From Candidatus Pacearchaeota archaeon (GTDB lineage: Archaea; Nanobdellota; Nanobdellia; Pacearchaeales; DTIR01): DNA of 64,000 nucleotides. Where the stretch lies: positions 433,528 to 497,527 of the forward strand of contig JAGVXL010000001.1 in assembly GCA_018303805.1 (NCBI GenBank). The letters are read 5' to 3'. Shown here piece by piece: positions 19,064 through 26,756 of the stretch. The position numbers and the translations under genes are program-made. How positions within the stretch are numbered: position 1 is the first letter of the stretch; each line of letters begins with the position of its first letter. Under the pieces are notes generated by a model, which was not told where the DNA came from, ran no database searches, and saw only the letters and a program-made list of their open reading frames with translations.

Positions 19064-19651
19064 ATGGCTGAGGAAAAGGTGGTAAAAGAGGATAATATCA
19101 ATTCTGAGGAGAATTTAGTTCTAAGGAAGGAGATTGAGTCTTTAAGGCAGGAACTTTCTTCAATAAAGTCCTTGCTGCGGGATATTTCCCAGCAAAAAGG
19201 CAGCATAAATGCGGCAAACCAGCAGGAAAATCCAACACATCATGGTTCAATTGGAAACATAATCCCTCTATTTTCCACAGGAAATGAAGGGGTTCCAACA
19301 GACAAACAGACAGACACCAAACAGACAAAAGACCTTTATAATATGGTAGAAAGCCTTAAATCAGACATAAAGATTAAGTTTAGAAACTTGACAAAACAGG
19401 AATTTAGGGTTTTTTCTGCGGTATATATCCTTGAAGAGCAGCAGGAGGTTGATTATAGGAATCTTTCCTCTTACCTAGGTTTGACAGAGAGTTCAATAAG
19501 GGACTATGTGATGAAGCTGCAGCAGAAAGGAATTCCCGTCGTGAAAACCAAAATCAACAATAAAAAAGTTCTGTTAAATGTCAGGCAGGAGCTGAAGCAG
19601 CTTGCCACTTTGGAAGCGTTAATGAAAATCCGGGAGCCATTATTTAGATAG
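19064..19651 (+). CDS. Coiled-coil protein with C-terminal wHTH
   Basis: ATG at 19064 (the track starts at TTG 19019). Heptad-like N-terminus, C-terminal ...EFRVFSAVYILEEQQEVDYRNLSSYLGLTESSIRDYVMKLQQKGI. Confidence 0.5.
   Translation: MAEEKVVKEDNINSEENLVLRKEIESLRQELSSIKSLLRDISQQKGSINAANQQENPTHHGSIGNIIPLFSTGNEGVPTDKQTDTKQTKDLYNMVESLKSDIKIKFRNLTKQEFRVFSAVYILEEQQEVDYRNLSSYLGLTESSIRDYVMKLQQKGIPVVKTKINNKKVLLNVRQELKQLATLEALMKIREPLFR
19273..19294 (+). repeat. Full ORB copy inside a CDS
   Basis: TTCCACAGGAAATGAAGGGGTT matches oriC ORB2 (TTCCACAGGAAATGTAGGGGTT) at 21/22 positions. Confidence 0.7.
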
Positions 19652-20012
19652 TTATTTCTAACTTTTTCGTCTCACCGATTATATACACATTTCCCTATCT
19701 CACTATTACACTAACTCTAAAAAAGAAAAAACTCTCTTTTTCTGTTCGTTTAATTCAATCAAATAAGAGACTCCTTTAAGCCCCCAAAATTCCTCACTAA
19801 TTTGCTATTTTTCAGGCCAAAACCCTGAAAAACCAAGAAACCCAGAATTTTCCGTTATTTTACTTAATTTTCCAATAAATACCTTCTTCTAGATAACTCT
19901 CACTTTTACTTCTTTTTAGGTTACTTAACCGAACTTTTAACCCCTGATTTACTTATCTTTAAGATTAACCGAACCTATTTAGAACAAATAACCCTCACTT
20001 TCCCCATTATTT

Positions 20013-20612
20013 TTATCTGATTTTTCTCTTATTTTTAGTATGTTCTACCCCTATCTTTTTGATCAATCCTGACTTCACGTTGTCTGGAACATAGATTCTC
20101 TTTTTCCCTGTTTTTTCAATCATTTCCTCAATTAATCCCTCACTTTTCTGCCTTATGGAATTCACCTGCCCCCTTATTGTTGCCCTGTCTTTTCCAAGCA
20201 GTGAAGCAACATCCTCATAGCTCAATTTTAGGTCTGTATTCAGCAAAACCCACACAATAGCCCTTTCCATAGCTGTCAAACCCATTAAAAAACCAGCTTG
20301 AACAGCTGTTTGAACACTTGCTTGAACACCATAAACAGGTGTTTGTTTATGAACAGCTGTTTGCCCCCGTTTAAACAGCTTGGGGCCGAAAAAGGATATA
20401 AATTCCTTTATTTCAGAAATGTCATTTTCCAGCGTCGATAAACGTTCATCAACTTCATTTAGGGAGGATTCATGCCCCTCTCCCTTCCTGTTTAAATGCT
20501 GTATCCAATCCCCTGCCTTGCTGAATTCTTTTGAGAGATGTTCAACATGCTTTTTTAGCTCCTCATGAGAAGCTTTTTCCCCTTTCTTTCTGCCAAACCA
20601 AAGAAAACCCAT
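20013..20612 (-). CDS. Coiled-coil protein with C-terminal wHTH (same architecture as 19064..19651)
   Basis: MGFLWFGRKKG N-terminus, coiled coil, QTAV repeats, C-terminal ...MERAIVWVLLNTDLKLSYEDVASLLGKDRATIRGQVNSIRQK. Confidence 0.5.
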   Translation of the reverse strand: MGFLWFGRKKGEKASHEELKKHVEHLSKEFSKAGDWIQHLNRKGEGHESSLNEVDERLSTLENDISEIKEFISFFGPKLFKRGQTAVHKQTPVYGVQASVQTAVQAGFLMGLTAMERAIVWVLLNTDLKLSYEDVASLLGKDRATIRGQVNSIRQKSEGLIEEMIEKTGKKRIYVPDNVKSGLIKKIGVEHTKNKRKIR

Positions 20613-20661
20613 ACCGAATATAAACCCCTTATGTTTAAAAATCTTTTCTCTGTTTAAAAGT

Positions 20662-20679
20662 TTTAAACAGCTGTTTAAA
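20662..20679. promoter_or_regulatory. 18-bp perfect palindrome in a divergent promoter (candidate operator)
   Basis: TTTAAACAGCTGTTTAAA, embedded in five TGTTTAAA-type repeats between genes 20612(-) and 20718(+). Confidence 0.55.
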
Positions 20680-20717
20680 GGTGTTTAAAACACAAACAAC
20701 TCGCTTCATCGTCGGAG

Positions 20718-20966
20718 ATGGGAAAGGTATTTAAATTTCAGAATATTAAGAAAACAATGCAAATAGACAATTTAGTCAGACTGCCCTATGACAATAACCG
20801 TAAACAATTCTATCAATATGAGAATGGCAGCCAGCTGCATCAGGTTGAATACGAATACTTTGCTATTCCTGGAAGTGATTTAATATCGGTAAAGATGGTG
20901 CCATGTTCAAGCAGGATAATACAAACAAGTGACCCAATCCCAAAAGGATATCAAAACGGGTTCTAA
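20718..20966 (+). CDS. Hypothetical small protein (island)
   Basis: ORF with GGAG 6 nt upstream. Confidence 0.35.
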   Translation: MGKVFKFQNIKKTMQIDNLVRLPYDNNRKQFYQYENGSQLHQVEYEYFAIPGSDLISVKMVPCSSRIIQTSDPIPKGYQNGF

Positions 20967-21027
20967 ACAGAGCAAAACTTTTAAGCAAAACCAATAAGAT
21001 TTAATCCCCTTTCAAGGCACTTTAAAG

Positions 21028-21225
21028 ATGGAAATCAATGAGTTCAGGGAAAGATTGCATGAATATCCCCGATATATGGAACCCACGACGTTTATCAGCA
21101 CATTTGTTGATGCGGTTCATAAACACCAAGATAATCTTGAACTCATTTTACAGGACATGGAAAAAGCCAAGGCAGATTATGAAACGAGAATAGAAAATTA
21201 TGCCAAATCACTCAATTCCAGATAG
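21028..21225 (+). CDS. Hypothetical small helical protein (island)
   Basis: ORF; AAAACTTTTAAGCAA box 54 nt upstream. Confidence 0.35.
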   Translation: MEINEFRERLHEYPRYMEPTTFISTFVDAVHKHQDNLELILQDMEKAKADYETRIENYAKSLNSR

Positions 21226-21313
21226 AAAAAGTTAAAAAGTTCCGCAATATAAGCTATAATTAAAACCTTTAATCAAAAACTAAAAGATTTAGCATGAGAA
21301 AAATTTGTTAAAA

Positions 21314-21682
21314 ATGAACAATAAACTATTGACTAAAAGGGCTTATAATCGTAGATTAAAGATTACTAAAGGTCACTTAAAGGACTTTGAAGAAATTTAT
21401 AACGGGCTAAGAAAAAAGTATGCCTATAACGAAAACCAGGCAGCAGTGCTTTGCAAGGGATATTCAGAGCATATAGAGCAATTCAAAAAAGAGATTAGGT
21501 TTTATGAAAACATGCTAAATGCCATGGATAAGGCCAAAGGGGTTGTTAGGCAAAAATGGTTTGAAAGCCAAATTCTTGCCTTGGAAAACAGGACACCCCT
21601 GGAAGTAATAATGAATGAGCCCCGAGGTCTTGATAAGATTCTGAATTTAGTAGGGAGAATAGAATACGGAATTTTTGACTAA
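21314..21682 (+). CDS. DUF2384 (Xre/MbcA/ParS toxin-binding domain)-like antitoxin
   Basis: C-terminus WFESQILALENRTPLEVIMNEPRGLDKILNLVGRIEYGIFD fits the DUF2384 pattern W..p...LgG.tPle......G...V...L.rIe.G. ATG at 21314 (the track starts at TTG 21305). Confidence 0.6.
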   Translation: MNNKLLTKRAYNRRLKITKGHLKDFEEIYNGLRKKYAYNENQAAVLCKGYSEHIEQFKKEIRFYENMLNAMDKAKGVVRQKWFESQILALENRTPLEVIMNEPRGLDKILNLVGRIEYGIFD

Positions 21683-21735
21683 TCAACAAGATTAAAACTT
21701 TTAAGCAAGAATCAAAACTTTTAACATGTGCAAAA

Positions 21736-21945
21736 ATGACAAAAAAGCAGCTTGAAAACCGGTTGAAGAATCATGTTCATGTTCCAACACCCAAGCAATT
21801 CTTTAGTATGGTTGAATATCAATGTGGCTGCGGTTTGTATTTCTTAAGGGAGCAGTATTTAGAGTATTGCAGAAAAAATAAGATGAAACCAATTCTGACT
21901 GTTGAAGAGCTCAGGAAATCAAGAAATCTGTTTAATGTTCCATAA
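21736..21945 (+). CDS. Hypothetical small protein downstream of the DUF2384 gene
   Basis: ORF; AAAACTTTTAA boxes upstream; contains a CGCG pair (YQCGCGLYF). Confidence 0.35.
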   Translation: MTKKQLENRLKNHVHVPTPKQFFSMVEYQCGCGLYFLREQYLEYCRKNKMKPILTVEELRKSRNLFNVP

Positions 21946-22061
21946 AACAAGTAAAATCCCTTAAATCACACTAAAACCCCCTCTAAAGGCAAAAAGCTTC
22001 GCACAAGATGTAATATACGATCCTTTTTTCAAAACAGTTTTTCTGAGAAAAGATGAGGTTT

Positions 22062-22439
22062 TTAGGGATTTTTGCTTAGAGCTTCTTCAACTTTCTTCTT
22101 ACCAGATTCATTTAATCTAACTCTCCATCTTGGTTCGAGGGTTGGTTTTATATCTTCCCATACAAGCTGAATAATTGTCATCTTCTTCCCCTCATTATTG
22201 ACTCCAAGAACTCGGTACATAACAGATTTATGTTCTTTAAGGCAATCATACTCTTCTTGGCTATTTAGTATTAACCCACTGCTTGCATCATCTCCTGCGG
22301 TTCCCTTTACTTCGATAAACTTTCCATTACCTACTAAATCGTAACCAAGACCTTGTTGCGCTTCACTTAAACCCTCTTCGTTCTTTTTAATGTAATTTAT
22401 TGCTTCCGTCTGTATTTCTGGGTTAGATAATTTTTTCAT
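22062..22439 (-). CDS. Stand-alone DUF3883/PD-(D/E)xK nuclease-like protein
   Basis: GYDLV...GKFIEVKGT (D...E-x-K core), then ...LNSQEEYDCLKEHKSVMYRVLGV, typical of the DUF3883 C-terminal module. Confidence 0.5.
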   Translation of the reverse strand: MKKLSNPEIQTEAINYIKKNEEGLSEAQQGLGYDLVGNGKFIEVKGTAGDDASSGLILNSQEEYDCLKEHKSVMYRVLGVNNEGKKMTIIQLVWEDIKPTLEPRWRVRLNESGKKKVEEALSKNP

Positions 22440-22568
22440 TCATTTATAACACTAGCAGTTTATAAAAACCCATCGCTTAAAACCTTTAATCACCCCTCAC
22501 CCTACAAAAACCCCCAGAACCCAACCCTGCAGATTAAACTCAATACCCAAATTAGAAATTAAAAACCC

Positions 22569-22610
22569 ATCGCCTAAACCCAGCCAAAAAAAGGTGGAAT
22601 CCAGCCCTGC
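22569..22610 (+). repeat. 42-bp direct repeat, left copy
   Basis: ATCGCCTAAACCCAGCCAAAAAAAGGTGGAATCCAGCCCTGC, identical to 23344..23385. Confidence 0.9.
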
Positions 22611-22652
22611 ACTATAATTGTCAAACAGAATAAAATAGTAGAAACCTCCCTC

Positions 22653-23051
22653 TTATTCTAATTTCCCAAGCAATTTATCCACATCAATCCTCTTCTTAAA
22701 ATGCTTGTTTGCACTTAAAATCCCGCACTTCAGAGTTATCGCAAGGGCTTCTATTGGCTTGTCCGGCTTATGCTTTACCTTAGTATTTTTCAATTGGTTC
22801 TGGTAGATTTCTTTGTTTATCAATTCAATAGGCAAAGCAGAGATAATCTGTTCAATCTCTTTGTCTTTCAGACCCATCTCCCTATTTAATACTCTTATCA
22901 GTTCCTCTTTCACAGAATCTGCAGAAAAGAGTTTTATCTTCCCCGTCAAAGCAAGTTGGATGACCCTTCCCGCCTTACTCCTAGGATTATACAAAGCCAT
23001 AAAAATAATATTAGTGTCTATCACTGCCCTCTCAATATCAGAACCATTCAT
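22653..23051 (-). CDS. vapC: PIN-domain toxin (VapC)
   Basis: N-terminal VIDTNIIFMAL acidic motif; 132 aa; 14-nt overlap with the upstream small gene. Confidence 0.75.
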   Translation of the reverse strand: MNGSDIERAVIDTNIIFMALYNPRSKAGRVIQLALTGKIKLFSADSVKEELIRVLNREMGLKDKEIEQIISALPIELINKEIYQNQLKNTKVKHKPDKPIEALAITLKCGILSANKHFKKRIDVDKLLGKLE

Positions 23052-23277
23052 TTGAGATTTCCTTTCTTATCTTCGCAGATTTCTCTAACAGAGCCGAAAA
23101 ACTCAATTTTCTCTCTTTTAATGCATTTCGAAAGATTCCACTTGCTGTCAAAAATCTTTGTTTTTTATATTCCAAGATAAGCTCTTCAATAAGCTGTGCA
23201 GCGTTCTTCTTTCTCTCCTCTAACTTAAGTCCTATGAGTTCTTTATGCAATTCTTCTGGGATACTTATTGTTTTCAT
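23038..23277 (-). CDS. vapB: VapB-like antitoxin (RHH-like N-terminus)
   Basis: MKTISIPEELHKELIGLKLE...; 79 aa; translationally coupled to vapC. Confidence 0.6.
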   Translation of the reverse strand: MKTISIPEELHKELIGLKLEERKKNAAQLIEELILEYKKQRFLTASGIFRNALKERKLSFSALLEKSAKIRKEISNEWF

Positions 23278-23343
23278 ATAAATTTATAAATTTACATATT
23301 TATAAATATTTCTTTTTTTAATCGCCCCAGCAGGAAACCCTCA

Positions 23344-23385
23344 ATCGCCTAAACCCAGCCAAAAAAAGGTGGAATCCAGCCCTGC
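23344..23385 (+). repeat. 42-bp direct repeat, right copy
   Basis: Identical to 22569..22610. Confidence 0.9.
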
Positions 23386-23475
23386 CGGCTAAGCAGGAAT
23401 TAAGAGTTAAAAACCTTACCATTACATTTTACTAAAAATAGCAATATTTAAATAGTTTGTAATGGTAATAATACT

Positions 23476-24327
23476 ATGAGAATAATCAAAAGAAAGAAAG
23501 GAAACAAAGAATACTTTTACCTACAGTATTCCTTCAGAGGGGATGGCAAGGTTATAACAAAAGAGAAGTATCTCGGAAAGGAGATCCCTAAAGATATTGA
23601 ACATCTAAAGGTAAAATTACAGGAAGAATCAAAACAAGAACTTTACAAAAAATTAGAAAGCATAAAGAAGAACTTTCAGGAAGAATGGAAAAAATATCCC
23701 AAAAGCATAAAAGCAAAGGAAATGGAGGAGATAGCAATAGCATTTACCTATAACACGAATGCAATTGAGGGCTCAACAATAACATTAGAAGAGGCAAGAG
23801 AGATTATTCATGACAAGATTGCTCCTAATAAGCCATTAAGAGACATAAAAGAAACAGAAAAGCATTCCAAAGTCTTTCTTGAGATGCTTAATAAAAAAGA
23901 AAAAATTTCTAATAATGTAATCTTAAGATGGCATAAAGAGATATTTGGGGAAACAAAAAGGGATATTGCAGGAAAATATCGTGATTATCTTGTGAGAGTT
24001 GGCAGTTACATTGCTCCAGACTGGCAGGATGTTCAAAAGCTTATGCATCAACTGATTAAATTAATAAACAACTCAAGATTAAATCCTGCCGAGTTAGCCG
24101 CAAGGAGTCATTATCAATTTGAGAGGATCCATCCATTTGGAGACGGCAATGGAAGGATAGGCAGATTAATAATGAACAGCATCCTTTGGCATAATGGATA
24201 TCTTATATTAATTGTAGAATATAAGAAGAGAGGGTCTTATTACAAAGCATTGCAGAAAGATGAAGAGGGATTTGTAAGATACTTTATAAGAAGATATTTA
24301 TCTGTCCATAGAAAAAGATATGAATAA
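23476..24327 (+). CDS. Fic/DOC family protein
   Basis: Canonical Fic motif HPFGDGNGRIGR. Confidence 0.85.
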   Translation: MRIIKRKKGNKEYFYLQYSFRGDGKVITKEKYLGKEIPKDIEHLKVKLQEESKQELYKKLESIKKNFQEEWKKYPKSIKAKEMEEIAIAFTYNTNAIEGSTITLEEAREIIHDKIAPNKPLRDIKETEKHSKVFLEMLNKKEKISNNVILRWHKEIFGETKRDIAGKYRDYLVRVGSYIAPDWQDVQKLMHQLIKLINNSRLNPAELAARSHYQFERIHPFGDGNGRIGRLIMNSILWHNGYLILIVEYKKRGSYYKALQKDEEGFVRYFIRRYLSVHRKRYE

Positions 24328-24382
24328 ATTTTTAACCCTTTCCCTCTTTCTACAAACCCCCTCTTAATATCTCTAAAAAAAT

Positions 24383-25885
24383 CTATCTCCCTCCAAACCT
24401 TCTGCTTCTCCCATACCTGCTTGGTCTGCCGCCAGTTCCCCTAAATTGTCTGTTGCTGTTTCCCCTATTTCTTTCCCCAACTCTCCTGTTGCCGCCACTA
24501 TCTCTGCTGTATCCTCCTCCATCTCTTTTAAAGCCGCCGCTTCTGCCCTGCCTGCCAAATCTTTCCCCATTAGGGAATCTATTGGTGGTTCTGCCGTATC
24601 CCCTATTGTCTCCCCTGTTTGTCCCACCAAAACTTCTACCACTCTGTCCATACCCTTTGTTAAATCTTCCTGTTTCTCTATTTCTATTCCCCATAGGTTC
24701 TCTATTAAATCCCCTGCTAATCCCGCCAAATCTCCTATGGAACCCTCTTGGGCTTTCTGCCAGCTTTACAACCACCCTCTCAACTAAGGGTGTTGTTTCT
24801 TTGCTTATTTTCAAATTATCATCATGCAAGACCCTTGAAAAATTTTCATAATCCCTGCTGGCAACAATATTTATTACCTTGCCTTCTTTCCCTGCTCTGG
24901 CAGTCCTGCCGATTCTATGGATATATTCCTTGCTGTCTTTTGGGATGTCATAGTTATAAATATGTGAAATCCCAGGGATATCCAGCCCTCTTGCAGCAAC
25001 ATCTGTGCATACAAGCACATGGGCACTTTTTGAATGAAATCTCCCCATAACAAAATTCCTTTTTTCCTGGGAGAATCCTCCATGTATAGCCATTGCATCT
25101 ATACCTGCGAACTTGAGATTTTTTGCGACAAAATCAGTATTTCTGCGGGTGTTGCAGAAAACCATTACTAATTCAGTTTTTTCATGCTTTAATAAATGGA
25201 CCAGCAGGGAGAATTTCAGGTTATCCTGTGAATCATAATACACTTGCGGCAGCTTTTCAGGATTAACATAAGATTCTGCAGAAACTTCAATAGGATTTTT
25301 TATGTGCTTGCTGATAAGATGGGCTACTTCAGGGGTAATTGTAGCGGAAAACAAGAGTGTCTGCCTCTTCATAGGGCACTCTCTTATTATTTTCCTGACA
25401 TCGTCTATAAAACCCATATCAAGCATCCTATCCGCTTCATCCAACACAAGAATTTTTACATTTTGGAGGTTGAGTGTCCCCCTGTTCATATGGTCTAGTA
25501 TCCTTCCAGGAGTCCCAACAACAACATCTGCACTCCTTAATCTTGTAATCTGCGGATTTATAGAAAGCCCGCCGTAAACCGCAGCAATCTCCAATGGCTT
25601 GTGCTTTGAAAACATTTCTAGTGTTTTTGCAACCTGCTCTGCGAGCTCTCTTGTTGGGGTTAACACTAAAGACCCTATTCCTCTTCCTTTTTCTGCATTT
25701 TTTATTATGGCTGAGGCAAACGCAAGGGTTTTACCCGAGCCAGTAGCAGAGCATGCTATAACATCCTTCCCAGCAAGAATCAACGGAATTGATTTTTCCT
25801 GTATTTCAGTTGGTTTTTTAAAACCTTCTTCCTTTATTGATATCAAAATAGGCTCGATAATGCCTAATTCTCTGAATTTTTCCAT
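24383..25885 (-). CDS. DEAD-box RNA helicase with about 120-aa RG/RGG-rich C-terminal tail
   Basis: ATGSGKT, PTRELA, DEAD, SAT and HRIGRTARAG motifs. The tail reads ...GGISRGFNRE...GRSGGFKRDGGGYSRDSGGNRR...RRFGGR. Confidence 0.9.
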   Translation of the reverse strand: MEKFRELGIIEPILISIKEEGFKKPTEIQEKSIPLILAGKDVIACSATGSGKTLAFASAIIKNAEKGRGIGSLVLTPTRELAEQVAKTLEMFSKHKPLEIAAVYGGLSINPQITRLRSADVVVGTPGRILDHMNRGTLNLQNVKILVLDEADRMLDMGFIDDVRKIIRECPMKRQTLLFSATITPEVAHLISKHIKNPIEVSAESYVNPEKLPQVYYDSQDNLKFSLLVHLLKHEKTELVMVFCNTRRNTDFVAKNLKFAGIDAMAIHGGFSQEKRNFVMGRFHSKSAHVLVCTDVAARGLDIPGISHIYNYDIPKDSKEYIHRIGRTARAGKEGKVINIVASRDYENFSRVLHDDNLKISKETTPLVERVVVKLAESPRGFHRRFGGISRGFNREPMGNRNRETGRFNKGYGQSGRSFGGTNRGDNRGYGRTTNRFPNGERFGRQGRSGGFKRDGGGYSRDSGGNRRVGERNRGNSNRQFRGTGGRPSRYGRSRRFGGR

Positions 25886-26078
25886 AATTTATCTAAGAAA
25901 AAGTCTGGCTTTTTCTTATGAACCTTCTTAATTTTATTACCTCTACTTGTTCAATACAAAAATCAGCCGAATTCAATGTTTATAAGTCTTTGCGTTAGCT
26001 AGACTCTAAATCCTGCTTTCCCCAATAAAAACAAACTAAAAATAAAAAAATAAAAGACCTGCTAAAAGAAAAAAGAAC

Positions 26079-26267
26079 TTAGAATCCTTTCTTCTTAGCG
26101 TAACATTCTCTGCAGAAAACAGGCTTGCCTTCTGTTGGCTTGAATGGAACTTCACATTCCTTCTTGCATTCAGAGCAAACTGCCTTGTGCATTTCTCTTG
26201 GGCCAAAATCTCTTCGGAATCCGCCACTTCTACCGCCGAAACCGCCGCCCCTATCAAAATTTCCCAT
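26079..26267 (-). CDS. RGG-box plus CxxC-x17-CxxC zinc-ribbon small protein
   Basis: MGNFDRGGGFGGRSGGFRRDFG...CSECKKECEVPFKPTEGKPVFCRECY. Confidence 0.7.
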   Translation of the reverse strand: MGNFDRGGGFGGRSGGFRRDFGPREMHKAVCSECKKECEVPFKPTEGKPVFCRECYAKKKGF

Positions 26268-26327
26268 TTGTTCCTCCGTATTTATTGTACATAAAAGGAA
26301 ACTCTTTCCCCTTATGTCTGATCTTTT

Positions 26328-26756
26328 CTAATTTGCCTGCTTTATAAATCTATCTGGGGCTGGGCTGGCGTGTTTTCTTCTCTTTAGCCATTCCCAGACA
26401 AAAAGGGCCCCTATCAGAAATGCTGGGACCGCAATTTGAAAGGACCAAGATAACAGATACCATTCAAATGGATTCGCCATTATCCTAATAATATACCCTG
26501 TTCCAGCTAAAAGAAAAACAACGCCTCCAACCCATTCATGTTTCCAAGAGATTATTAGCACAATAATTAGTATAAAACTAGGAATCAAGTGCATAAATAG
26601 GGCAAGAAGCACATTAGGGAAGCCATATCCTTCCATGAAAACATCCAAGGAAAACATGGAGAGGAATGCTATGAACAAGATTGTCAAGATTCTAGGAGTC
26701 CAAAACAAAAATCTGTTTCTCTTTTGTTCTGCCCTGTCTGTTCTTTTCATATTCAA
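26328..26756 (-). CDS. Membrane protein (4 TM)
   Basis: Hydrophobic ORF. Confidence 0.45.
   Translation of the reverse strand: MNMKRTDRAEQKRNRFLFWTPRILTILFIAFLSMFSLDVFMEGYGFPNVLLALFMHLIPSFILIIVLIISWKHEWVGGVVFLLAGTGYIIRIMANPFEWYLLSWSFQIAVPAFLIGALFVWEWLKRRKHASPAPDRFIKQAN

Noticed and set aside
24373-24851. Several 100-130 aa ORFs on both strands over the 3' end of the DEAD-box gene.
   Set aside because: They are artefacts of the low-complexity RGG-coding repeat, which stays open in multiple frames. They have no independent start context.
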